A stretch of 64,000 bases of DNA from Octopus vulgaris (taxonomy: Eukaryota), in the NCBI GenBank assembly GCA_951406725.2, contig OX597817.1:124744001-124808000 (forward strand), read 5' to 3'. Below are positions 10,998 through 23,623 of the stretch, piece by piece (position 1 is the first letter of the stretch; each line of letters starts with the position of its first letter). A program made the translations under genes and the position numbers. The notes beneath the pieces are model-generated. The model did not search any database. It worked only from the letters and a program-made list of their open reading frames with translations, and was not told where the DNA came from.

Positions 10998-12510
10998 ACA
11001 AAAGTGGAAGTTGGAAAATTTTGGGTATTATTATGTATATAAATTTTGGGTATTATTTATTCAACATAACATTTATTCAACATGCTTTATTCAAGATAGG
11101 GGTAGGGCCACAATTTCCTCCATCGGTGGCACAATTCCCACTGACGAGGTTTCAGGACATGCCAGCTGTGTACTGCTAACCACCAGTGCAGTCCCATTCT
11201 ATTTCTTATTTTTTCTCATCTTTGATACGGGAGAGTGTAGTTCCTCTGCTTTAACTGGAGGATCATTCCTCCCTCCTGCAGCTTTGCGGTCCTTCAGTGG
11301 GCAACCATTGTTGCCCACATTCTTCCTTGTTTTCCCCTTTATTTCAAGGAGGTCTCCACCTCCTCGACTGCCTCCATCTCTCCCTCCGATGGAAGAGAGG
11401 GGAGCTCTTCCTAAACCAACTGTTCCAGGACCCTACTCTGGTCCTAGGGACAGCTCTTTTTAATGTAGCCTGGTTTCAGGCACAGGTGGCACTTGGGGGC
11501 ATCCCTCAAGTATCACTGGGTGCCTGCAACCGGCCATTTAAAAAAGAAATCTGGAAAGACCAGCTTCTTAGCTGATTGGGTCCACAGGGTCAAAACACCT
11601 TTTGATCCAGCCCAATCAGCCACCGGCAATATTTTAACATTGAGCAGCTTGGATCCGCTGCCACCCAGACCCCGGTGGATAGTGTCTTCTATCCACTCGG
11701 GTTCTATCCCAGGTGGCAACCCACAGACCAAGCTCTTGTCAACTTCTTCCCACAATACATGGGAAGAAACAAAATATCTTTGCCCTCTAAGGGCTGGCTC
11801 ACAAGTTTGCAAGCCTCCTCAGGGATGTCAAACAGCAACCACACCGTTGTATACTTGACCCCACTGGAGATGTATTTTATAGTTGGGAAGGACTCTGCCA
11901 ACTCTTTTTCAATTGGTATCTTTTTAAAGAGGGCAATGGTGTTGGGCTACTTTGAGTAAGTCCTTAACATCACAGTCTTCTCTTCAAAGTCTTTCATCCA
12001 CTGTTTGGGTAGGACAATCATCCACTCCAACACAGTGTTGTTCCTATTTTTTGCCATATTTTTGGGGAAAAAAGTTCACAGAAAAATAAAAGTTCAAAGA
12101 GTTAAAAAAAATACAGGAAGGAAGGAAGAAGACAAGGAACAGTTCAAAAACAGCAAACTATTCTTCTGGCCGTCCTGGTACTCCAGGTCAACTCGGTAAT
12201 CCACTTGGTAATCCAGCGCACAAAATAGTCACACAATTTCACCAAAAAATGGGTAAAAAATAAACACAAGGTTCTCAATTATAGGAGAAGAGATATGCCC
12301 CCAAAGCACACTTCTCACTGCTAAGTGAGACTTCTAAGCACAACTACAGGCAGACAATTTGCCCGGAACTCTGTGGAGATTTCATGTTCAACAAAATAAA
12401 TAAACATGAGCAACAAACCCCCCACTGAATCCCCTTAAAAAACAAATGTCTTACCTTGTTTTTGTGCTTCACTTGTTCAATAATTCACAACATGGCGTAT
12501 AGCATCATGA
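10998..12510 (-). mobile_element. gag/ORF1-like retroelement remnant with a CCHC zinc knuckle and no ORF2
   Basis: Higher-GC segment; broken ORF from ATG 12057 (MAKNRNN...). CHLCLKPGYIKKSC at 11491-11450 matches CX2CX4[H>Y]X4C. AATAAA motifs lie near 11055-11075, followed by (TA)n. Confidence 0.65.
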
Positions 12511-12593
12511 CTACTAGCAGTGCAAAAAAAAACACTGACCAATGCATGCATGGAGAAGCATGCTTCTTACCACACAGCTGCACCTACACCTAT

Positions 12594-12633
<40 letters not shown>

Positions 12634-12673
12634 GTATATTATATATGATATGTATGTATGTATGTATGTATGT

Positions 12674-13224
12674 CAGGTCACTTTCGAGTGCTACTGGTAA
12701 CATGTAACCCAGTACAACCTGTTGCATGGTTGGGTCGTCGGCAACTAAACCGACAACCCCACCAAGCTTGCTTGGTGAGGAGGGTGTTTATTGGACACCC
12801 TGCGGGATGAAAAACAAAACCCGTCAAAGGGTGCAGGAACTCTTGAAAGTCAACGACCATCCAATAAATGTCTTAAGGCTGTATCATGCGTGGGGACATA
12901 GAAATAATCGGACTGAATACCCGATCACGTGGTTAAACCATTGAAAGTGAAGGACTCCTAGCTTTTGTTAGGGGATCCTTCTAGGAGAAGGTAACTCGGG
13001 TAACTGGGATAACTCCGACATAAAACCTGCGGCTCAGTGGTTACCGATGATGTTGACTTGTTCTTCTTTTTGGATTATGGCTGCTGTTGCTTAGTGAGTG
13101 GGATTGACTCAGTGCACAGCCTTTCCTCACTTTACAAAAAATCTTCTTGCACAGGCATTGCACGATAACAACATTGATTAAGCTTCATGCGATGGCCATA
13201 CTCGATAATGAGGGGGCAGCCACC
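12674..13224 (+). mobile_element. Non-autonomous RTE-derived element (structured 5' part plus RTE 3' tail)
   Basis: The last 45 nt (13178-13222) match the 3' end of the LINE at 22547-22591 with 4 mismatches. Carries a GGAGAAGGTAACTC RTE-5'UTR-like motif and is flanked by (ATGT)n. Confidence 0.7.
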
Positions 13225-13586
13225 ATGTATGTATAAATGGTGGTGAGGTTAGTCTCCTTGTTTTGATATCATGGGGTACTTGTAAATGTGCATGACTGTC
13301 ATACATACGGTGCCATTCATTTTCAGTCTCTTACCCATGGGGAAATATTTACCTGCTTGGAAAAGTAATGAAATACTGTCATCACAGCAAAAGTTAGAGA
13401 AGCAGGACCTGAATTTAAACTCAAAGGTGAAGCCGAGGAAATATAGAGGTCACAAATATGAATACGATTTTGGGAATAAGATGGTGTTCAAAATAGAAAT
13501 AAATAAAAAATACTTGTTTAGATATAAGAAATGGAAGTTTTAAGATTTTACTGTCATTTTAAATTGATGCAAAACTTTCTTTAGAG

Positions 13587-16050
13587 AAGTGGTTTTCCAC
13601 CAATGTTCCATACAATACTGGTGTGCTGTAAGATTTCATCAAATGTGCAATGAAATAATTTAATGACATACCTGAAAAAATATGGGAATACAGAAAAAAT
13701 GGTCTAAAATTTTGATTTAGATCACATACATGTTATAAAATATTAGTTGGGTAAATTAAAAAGAAGTCATTCACAAGTCAAAAACTATTGTGTTTTATCT
13801 TCTGTATTATATATTAATAAGAACTAAATTCACTTTAGATTAGTCGTTATTAAGATCTGATGAATACTTTCAGTGTATGTATAATTTTCATTTGTTGCTC
13901 AGAAAAAATTTAGTTTATGTACGTGCAAACATTTTATTTTATAAGAGTTTAAGCTCAAATATATTCCATATATAAAAACAAATGAAATGAGTGAACAACT
14001 ATTGCAGCCATCATAACATTCAGATTATTTCAATAAAAAATAGGTTAAGACAAGGAGCTTCTTATCTTTTAAATCAATGTAACGCTAAACATTTTTCAGT
14101 AAGTTGATGGGAAAATTCTTTATCCACTGCCATCTATAATGGATGAATTTATTGAGAGAAAAAAGTTATAGTGATGGATAGGAATCTAGAAGTAAACATT
14201 CATCAAAAACCACAAACTCTGGTGCAAAAAAGTTACCATAACAGACAGTATTGCCGATGGTTGCTTAAAGTTCAGACTTTGGTCTGAAAATGTTCATCAA
14301 CCAAGCTAATTATGCATGGGTTGTGGTGAAAAAATGTCCATTAAATCTGTGTTACCAAGTATAATAAAAAAAATGTTTTACTACCAAATATTCACATGTA
14401 CATGACAGATCGTAATTATTTTCAAAGTCTCTTAGAACAGTGATCTAAGCGATATAATACATCTGAGGAAATAATGACCAAAAGGAGTTAAAATATTTCA
14501 ACTGAGCTGAAATAAAATAGCAATAAAATCCAAATCTCACATTCAAACTGAGTCAATAATCCTGCCAGCTTGTAAAAAGATAGCTGAGAGAAAAAGCTGA
14601 AGTTAGTAACAAAATTTCACTTTCAAATGATACAATTCATCAGAATATTAGATTTATCAGAAGATTTCAACAAAAATGTCGAGTAAAACTTCAGGTATCT
14701 AAATTTTTATTAATTCTTGATAAATTTGATGATGATATTAACAATTCGCAATTGCTTGTTTTTGTTTGTTTTATTGAGAGAGATGAATAATTAAACAGCT
14801 TTTTTTAAATTTTTGTAAATAAATGCCAGCAACCACAACAGGTCAAGATATTTTTGGCATGGTTATCTTAATGAAAAAAATGAGTTTAACTTGGAAATCA
14901 TGAGTTTGCCTAATAGAGCCTATCATGTATGGTAGGTTCTATTAAAGGTTTTGTTTGGTTGTGGAAAAAGAAAATTCAAATCTTGTTCATACTCATTGTC
15001 TGTTTTTTTTTTATATAGAGAAAGTCTAGTTTCAAAAATATTGGAAGAATAGTTAAAGCAAGTGTTAAACCAAGTAACTGAAATCACCAATTATATGAAA
15101 TGTAAACCTTTGAAGTCAAGAATATTTGAACAACTATGGAAAAAAAATTGGCTCTCAGCACTTTCGATTACTTCTGAATACATAAATCTGATGGTTTTCT
15201 TAGCACAAAGTACTAGCTCATGTTCCTGTACAAAAGAATTAATAGCATTCTCTGACAAAGAGAAACATGAAAGATTCTGTAAATATCTTCAATGTGAACT
15301 GTGAATGTCTAAGTAAGAATATTTAGCAGAGATATTTACTCAATTTAATGCTGTGAACATATGCAAAGAAGAAATGAAAATATTCTCACCTCTACAAATA
15401 AGTTGGTTTCTATCAAAACGAAAATTATAACTTGGAAAAACAGAACAAAATCGAGTAAGTTTGATCTGTTTCCTTCACTAAAGAAATAATTCCTATTATG
15501 GTTAATCATCTGACAGCACTGGGAAAAAAATTGAGTGCAGTTTTCCATCATTGAAACTGATAAGCACAACTGGATTTGAAATCCCTTCATAAATAATCCA
15601 TCATGCATTGGGCTTCAATTGTCTGAAGAAAAGGAATTGGCAACCATTTCCAGTGATGGCAAGATTAAAAATAAATCACTTTAAGATATTCATTAATACA
15701 TTTTGGATTACAATTGAAAAGGAATATCCCAAAGTAGCTTACAAAGCCTTATCAATTTCGCTACAATTTTCTACTTTTTATTTGAGTGGCTTGGGATTTT
15801 CAGTCCAAAATAATATCAAAAATAAGAAGCAAAAGACTCTACAGTATTAATAAAGAAACGAGGGTATGCTTATCACATATATGCCCAAATACTGAAGCAA
15901 CAGCAAAACACATCAGGCACAGGTATCCCACAATTCAAAACTGCATAATTAAATATTATAATTAAGTATGTCCAAAACTGTTTTAACAATCTATAGTTTT
16001 ATGCCATAATAATACTTTGAATTGTACATTTTTCCTGGTAATTTTTACTT
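13587..16050 (+). mobile_element. Highly degenerate hAT (Buster/Charlie-like) transposon
   Basis: Peptides LNQVTEITNYMKCKPLKSRIFEQL and FWITIEKEYPKVAYKALSISLQFSTFYLSGLGFS (hAT C-terminal dimerisation motif). The left end TAGAG(A)AGTGGTTTTC resembles a Charlie terminus; the right end is not resolved. Confidence 0.8.
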
Positions 16051-16072
16051 TTTGCATCAAGTGATATATATA

Positions 16073-16444
16073 TCTATATATATAAAGCTGAGGTTTGGTA
16101 GCCTTCAACTAACACTATCTCCTCTGAGACCCTGCAGCGCAAGTTGACCAAAATTGAAAGTATGATAGAAAAAGACTTGTTCTTCCTTTCGTAGAAGAAA
16201 AAATTCAAATCGGACCATGTTAACACCAAAAATTATTTACATCAAAAAGGTGTTTTTTTTCTAAGAAAATCCCTATGTTTTACGATTTTTTTACTGCTAC
16301 ATCACCATGTTTTGGTGTATTTCAACCAGAAAATGTTCACTTAAAGAGAATAACAAACTACATGATGTAAATGATTTACTTTTCCAAAAATTCCAGTTCT
16401 AAAGGGTCGAAACAAACCCGAGCAACGCCAGGCGATACTGCTAG
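16073..16444 (+). mobile_element. Non-autonomous Helitron
   Basis: Starts A|TCTATATATATAAAG; subterminal GC-rich hairpin-like CCCGAGCAACGCCAGG; ends CTAG|T; no TSD. Confidence 0.85.
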
Positions 16445-16473
16445 TATATATATATATATATATATACTAGCAG

Positions 16474-16504
<31 letters not shown>

Positions 16505-16559
16505 ATATATATACTACCAGTATCGCCCGGCATTATATATATATATATATATATATAGG

Positions 16560-16643
<84 letters not shown>
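16445..16643. repeat. (TA)n and (AGAT)n microsatellites containing inverted Helitron 3'-end fragments
   Basis: Read directly; CTAGCAGTAT at 16467 and CTACCAGTATCGCCCGGCATT at 16514-16534. Confidence 0.85.
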
Positions 16644-16644
<1 letters not shown>

Positions 16645-17657
16645 CTTCATACATATCAAAAGCTTTTTTCATTTCCCACGTACTGAATCCACCTACAAGG
16701 ATTTGATTGGCCTAGAGCTACAGAAGAATTGTAGAAAACACTTGCTTAAGGTGCTAGTAGAAACAATTAAGAACCACTTGTATAGAGTTTGGGTCATATA
16801 TATAAACATATTTTCTGTGTGTTATTTATTGGATGTTCAATATTTCGTTTAACTGGTTTTACTTGTGCTATCACCCTTGCATGTTTTAGATTTTTTAGAA
16901 CCTCTCTACAGTAATTCTTTGGCAATTAAACGTTCGGATAATTTCAAGTTATTAAAGTTTTTTAGTTCACAGTATTAAGTATTTGAGCTCTCCCTAAATT
17001 ATTTTTTAAAGATAAAAGGTATCTTATTCCTAATCTAAGTGCCAATACACTTAATATTTCATTGTAGGAGCATTGTACTTAGACTATCAAACTGAACAAT
17101 ATTCACACATATTTCGTCACGATTATCAGCATTATCATCATTCCCATCTCAATCAGCATAATGCACATCGTTATCAATCACTATGATTAGAATAAACATA
17201 GCAATCACTGGCAACATAACCGCTACAACTTTCAAACACCATCATAATCAGTCATCATCACTGTTATCATTACTTATTGTTATTCTTGTCATTTTACTTT
17301 TGCAAAACCATTGCCATCCCCATCACCACTGCAATCATTACCATCACCAGTATTATTGTCACAAACAACATTCAACATCATTAACAATTATAACATATAA
17401 ATTATTAGTATGAAGGAGAAAAACATATAAGATATATATATATATAACATTTGTGGAAATCTTGTATTCTATACGATAATTAAATAGATATACAGGTGCA
17501 CATATAGGTATGTAATTAAAATGTTTATATCACAGACACTTGGTTTACGGATTCTTACCACTGCATAGCATCTACATCAGGAATATTCTACTAAAACCCT
17601 TGGGTTGATCAATGCCACATGAGTGAAAATTACTGACAGAAATTGGTTGGAAGCTCA

Positions 17658-17704
<47 letters not shown>

Positions 17705-17967
17705 TGCACAGGGATATGAATATATAATCAATTAAAAAAATGGAGAAAACAAACAACACAAGTATGTGGTACATGCAAAGTATCAATAAGATGCTCAGAG
17801 AAAGAAAGAAAGAAAGAAAGGGTGGTTGTTTTATGTTTTGAGTAAAGCTCCTCTTTGGAAACAGGAAAAGGAAGCAGGAGGGTGTATATGTATGTATATA
17901 TCTGTGGAGATATATAAAAACATGCACATGCATGTGTGTGCCTGTGTATTTCATAGTCCAATATGCT

Positions 17968-18006
<39 letters not shown>

Positions 18007-19426
18007 GCATGCTAATACAAGACCCACATTAGACTCCTCACTCATATCACTCAAACCAAGAGTTTAACTATGGTCTGTCCATAGCACTTACTTAGCATTA
18101 CCTGCCACTCTTTGGGTCTTCTATATACCAATACCCCTCATACCCTCACTATATCTATATATATATATATATATATTGTACATATTTGTGTGTGTGTCTT
18201 CTTTATTGTCATTTTTTAACATCCACTTTTCCATGCTTGTATGTGCTAGCTGGAATTTGTTGAGAGAGATTTTTCTAAAGCTAGTTGCCCTTCCTCCGTA
18301 TTTCTGATATGATGGTGCTGGTGTTCACTGAATGGCCTCCTCTCTTCAGAGCTAAGCTAGAGCTATTGTACTCTAAATCATAAGCCATATTAAAGATCTA
18401 CACTCAGTGTAGATATAATCATATAGAAATGGAATAAGAAAACATGGACAACTAAAAGTGATCTCAGCCTGTCATCTGGATGAGAATAATTCACAAAGAA
18501 TTAATAGTCAAACTATTACATCTGAAAATGCAATAATTTTACATAGCTCATTATTACTTGCACCTGCTTATAAAAAAACATCTTTGTGGTAGCTTGACCT
18601 GCTGGGAAAAGCAGCCAAATTTCTTCAAAATATTCCTCTATTTTAAAATAACATAGAAGACAATTGAATTTGAAATGTATAAAAAAAAAAAATGCCATGA
18701 CAGTTATTTTTTAAATTCTTTTGACTAGACATTTCCTTGATTAGGGCTGACCAAGAACAAAACACTGTTACTTCTCCACTATACAAGCAATTTCATAATC
18801 ATTTCAATAGAAGGGTTGTAAGAGAATTTAAAATGAAGGATTGAGTGATATGATAATCCTTTAATGATAAACTTCTTCCAGTTATATTAACTCAATGAAA
18901 CATCTTTTTCATTGACCATGAGAAAAATGTTTCACTATGCTTCTGCATTACATGATTTAAATAAAATGTTCTTAGATTAAGATTACAAAGGCACTTGATC
19001 TACCACAAAGAAATTACTAATTACTGGCAGTTATAAATGTTTTCAGCCTTCTAACATATTAAATTATAATCTATTTCCTATTATCATTCTATTTTCTCTA
19101 GCTATTTTCATTAAGAAAAAAACCACAGATACATACATGCAAAAAAAAAAAAAAATTCAGAATGAAAATTGTAAAAACAATGAACTTCCTAAGCATTCAT
19201 TTTATGTTTATTATCAACTCAACAATTAAATTCAAACATGAAATTGCTTTTACTTTTTTTTTTCAGTTATCATTAATCTTCATAAACATTTATGTTTATT
19301 GAAGTTATTTCAATTTTTGACTTATATACATGTATTTGTGACATTTATTCCTTCTGATGATTTCAACTTTCTCAAACCAGCCAGTAACATAGCTATCAGA
19401 CAAATTTCAAAGTCGAATAAGCTATC

Positions 19427-19618
<192 letters not shown>

Positions 19619-19744
19619 CTGAATCCTTCGCATCATGTTTTTATTTTATTTTGATCAATTTACTCCACCACCTACACCACCAAACGGTATACACAGGTGC
19701 TTATAATTATCAAGTACTCACCCCGAATTCATATATATATATAC

Positions 19745-19801
<57 letters not shown>

Positions 19802-19894
19802 TATAAGAGAATATCAATTCCAGTGTCACAAGGATGAGATATTCAAGTTAAGAATATTAAGTTGAATCATTCTCAATAAATAAATACATATATA

Positions 19895-20598
19895 TCAAAG
19901 AATCATTAGAGACAGAAATCCCCATAAATTCATCAAATCAGAATATAAATTCAACCATGTCATAGAATATTATATTTAATACTTACTATTCGTGTTCAAA
20001 GTTGTTGACCACACGTGTTTCATGTTGAATTGTTGTCATTTGTGTTAGCTTCCATTTGTTTCTTATTCATGCCCATCATTTGGATATATATATCTTTTTA
20101 AGTTTTTCATTCTTATAATTTTATATTTTCTTATCATTAGTATATAGATTTTTTCCACATTTGCATATATTTTCTCATTCGTATATATTTTTCATTTATA
20201 TATATATTTTTTAGGCTTTATTCACATTTAATTCTTAAATTAATTATGGCTTAAACTGCAGGGTTCAATGAATTTATTTACACATCTATATGTTTTGAGA
20301 TATCAGAAATTTTTTTATACATCTGTATAGTTTGATATACCTGTAACTTGAAATATATAATGATAGATAAAATTATAAATGGGTGATAGGTGGACCTGAA
20401 GATTGGGGTTGTATATAAGGGGAAGTTCTGTAAGAGACTGGGTGTCTCAAGAACATAGTATATAACCTCATAAAACACGTGTAGTCGACAACTTTGAACA
20501 TGAATAGTAAGTATTAAATATAATATTCTATGACATGGTTGGATTTATATTCTGATTTGATGAATTTATGGGGGTTTCTGTCTCTAATGATACTTTGA
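19895..20598. mobile_element. Element with ~130-bp inverted arms, probably a Penelope remnant with an inverted partial pLTR
   Basis: 19895-20024 is the near-perfect reverse complement of 20469-20598 and both ends abut (TA)n. The right arm overlaps a hammerhead motif. Confidence 0.75.
20390..20489 (+). ncRNA. Hammerhead ribozyme motif, probably inactivated (GAAA>AAAA)
   Basis: GTGGAC-CTGAAGA-T-[12-bp stem II TGGGGTTGTATA/TATATAACCTCA]-T-AAAA-CACGTG-TA-GTCGAC. The inverted copy near 20010-20024 retains GAAA. Confidence 0.7.
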
Positions 20599-21115
20599 TA
20601 TATATATATATATATAGGAAAAGTCATATTTTCATGGAATACAAGAAATGAACAATAATGCTTGTGTGATGGTGATATTTGTTATGTCAATAACCATCTA
20701 TATCTGTGAAGCCTAGGAGACAGCAAAGAACTCTCAGTTGCTAGGCACATTCCATCAACAGTACCTATGTTCAATTCTGGGCATGTCTTACCAGGACAAT
20801 ATGAGAAACAAAGAGGTGAGAAGAGCTGGCATGAGTAGTTTGTAGGACATGAGGACTAAGCAGACGACACAGTATATTGACCGTAAACTTTAATTAGCAC
20901 AGCAGAGACCTACTACTCTCATGATAGGATGGATGCTGGAAGGAAGAAAAAGACAGAGTGAAAGGCTAAGCAGTATGTAGTGCATAATGCTCTGAGATGA
21001 TATGATGGCAATAGAAGTCAGCTTGTGTGGAGCTAAGAGGAAAACAAAGAATTTGAATGTTTGGAGAAGGCTCATTGCCTAAAGTGCTGATGGTACTGGA
21101 AGGTCTAAATGGTTT

Positions 21116-21153
<38 letters not shown>

Positions 21154-21171
21154 ATGCATGTGCACACATAC

Positions 21172-22030
21172 ATCCAGAGTGGCCCAAAAGTGTCAACACC
21201 ATTTGTTTATTAAATCTTCATATTTACTCTTTAATAAACTATAAATACACTTCTTGGAAAACATTTAAAAACTGATTTTGGGACTTATGTCCCTTCAAAT
21301 GAACATAATTTTGTTGTTGATAATGGTGAGCTCTTTCTAAAGCATGTTCCATAACCGTTTATAATGTTTCTTGCCTTATTCCTCTAATTTCTTTACCTTA
21401 AACTGCTGGATGATCTAAAGTTTGTTATAGTTTACTGTGTCTTTTAGATATTCCAACAAGAAAAAGTCTGGAGTAATGGAATCTGGTGAGCATGAGGGCC
21501 AGATGAATACAGAGTTTCATCATCTGGGCAGAATAAATTAATCATACATGACAATCGAATGGTTTCTGTTCCTGCACCAACTGCACTTTATATGGGAATA
21601 AGTTCAGCATTCTTTAAATATTCTGCAATAAACTTCAGGATATGCCCAGCTGTTGGAATTACCTCCAAGATGATGTTGGAGGCTTTTCTTCACTACTCTA
21701 GTGTACCAATTGAATGTTGTCTTGAGAGCTCCCAGAATGGGATATTCTCACACATGGTAGATCGATCACAGACCACTGTTCTTGAGTATAGATGGTTTTT
21801 ATCTGACTTGAAAAATGATGAATAAATGGAAGTTCTTTGGATTAGCACAATTGATTGTTGATTTTTGTAGACAAAATTTAACATTTTCCCTTGTTGCTCT
21901 ATCATGAATTTCTCTTTGATTATTTTCCAAGAATTACATGTCAATAATCTGAAATGAAAATCCTGGAAAAATTAATTGTGAAAAAGTTATAGTTTAAAAT
22001 GGTCAAGTGGCTTTTAGGTCCATGTTTTAC
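21172..22030 (-). mobile_element. Degenerate Tc1/mariner-superfamily element (DD37D/DD41D-like)
   Basis: Terminus CAGAGTGGCCCAAAAGT. Minus-strand WPSCSPDSITPDFFLLEYLKD resembles WPPRSPDLTPLDFFLWGYLKD; N-terminus MIEQQGKMLNFVYKNQQSIVLIQR. Confidence 0.7.
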
Positions 22031-22118
22031 TAGTCTACCTCACTTTCTTCGTCCATTTACCTCAAACTCAACCACCCCACCTCAGAATATGCTCCTCATC
22101 CCTCCTCAACACATGCCC

Positions 22119-22149
<31 letters not shown>

Positions 22150-22150
22150 T

Positions 22151-22597
22151 CTCGAGTTGCACATGAGAAAGTAAGGAGGGATGTTAGGAAGGGCATCGTT
22201 GTTACACTTCCAGATAGGAAGGGTCTTCCTTTGACGCTGACATGTAATGTCTGTGCAAGACCCTGCCTCAGTAAAGCTGGACTCAAGAGTCATCTTCGTA
22301 GTCATAAAGCGAGAGAGATGAGTCACAACCTGGCCACTGGTGGTGGTGTAACACACCATACTAATCATATCTGTCGGGCATGTGGAAGAGAGTGTAATTC
22401 GGCAGGTACATGCAAAGGTACATGAAGCCCAGTTACAACTACTGCCGGCTATTACTGGTAAAGGTTTTAGTTGCCAATTCTGTACAAGACATTGTAGATC
22501 TTTAGCTGGGCTTAAAAGTCCCATTCGATCACAGCACCAGTAACAGTTAAGCTTCGTGCAATGGCCATACTCGATAACGAGGGAGCAGCCATAATAA
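22151..22597 (+). mobile_element. 5'-truncated RTE-like LINE 3' end with C2H2 zinc fingers
   Basis: CNVCARPCLSKAGLKSHLRSH, CRACGREC and CQFCTRHCRSLAGLKS; flanked on both sides by (ATGT)n. Confidence 0.75.
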
Positions 22598-22644
22598 TGT
22601 ATGTATGTATGTATGTGTGTGTGAGTGTGTGTATGTGTGTGTGT

Positions 22645-22890
22645 AGGTAGGTTGCCTAGTGGCTACGCTAGATTATGGGTTCGATTACCTGACAGGGTGG
22701 CACATTGTGTTCATGAGCAAAATACTTCATTTCACATTGCTTGAGTCCCTATATGATCAGTAGAGAATGTTAGTCTGCTTGCCTAGCCAGTGGGGCAATG
22801 TCATTTGCAGGCTAAAACAATGCAAAGGTATATTGTAACCAGTGATGTATAATAACATATGATAGCCTAGTTGGTCATATGATCACATGC
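22645..22890 (+). mobile_element. Degenerate tRNA-headed SINE
   Basis: TTGCCTAGTGG (A-box-like) and GGTTCGATTACC (B-box-like), followed by a SINE-like body. Confidence 0.5.
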
Positions 22891-22922
<32 letters not shown>

Positions 22923-23407
22923 CCTTCTTGAGTAAACACAGATAGTTTTTTTATCATAGTTGTCTTTCCATCCTTTCTTCATGAAATAAACACTCACAAG
23001 TATTTTCTGAGGAAATTCCTATTAATTATAATCATAAAATTTCAACAGTCTCCAGTTACATCTAAATCGCAGAGCTATATATCTGAGTGTATGTTACATG
23101 CATTTTAACATATTGTTATTGTATTTATATATATGATAGCCAAATTACCAAATGGTTCTATGACAGCAATGTAGAATCAAGTCCACTGTTTCAGGTACAT
23201 CACTGGTAAAAACAGTGTTTAAATCTCATAAAGTATAATGTATGATACAAGTAAGACAGAAAAAGCATAATACGCACACACACACATATTGTGACTTATT
23301 AATGAAATATACAATGGAAACAAAATGAGAAAGAATAATGAAATTCAGATACACTTGGAAAATAGATCAAAGTTATACTCTTTTAACTATTTCCTAAGTT
23401 CCATGTA

Positions 23408-23623
23408 CGAGTGAGTGCTGAAAGCCTCCTGACTTTGGGTAAAAGAAAATACAGGAGAATCAGTTAATTATGATTTTATTCAACATATTCCCCTCCTAGA
23501 TTCACACACTTATTGTCGCGGTCCTTAAGTTTTTCTAAACCTGTAAAAGAACTCAGAATGTTGGGCCTCAAACTAGGGCTTTTGTGATATTCTTAAAGCC
23601 AAGAAGTTTTCAGCACACCCTCA
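23408..23623. mobile_element. Mariner-derived MITE
   Basis: TA-flanked TIRs CGAGTGAGTGCTGAAAGCCTCCTGACTTT / AAAGCCAAGAAGTTTTCAGCACACCCTCA; a second partial copy lies at 47036-47176. Confidence 0.8.

Noticed and set aside
11011-11959. Plus-strand ORFs of 90-150 aa
   Set aside because: They are antisense shadows of the minus-strand gag-like ORF.
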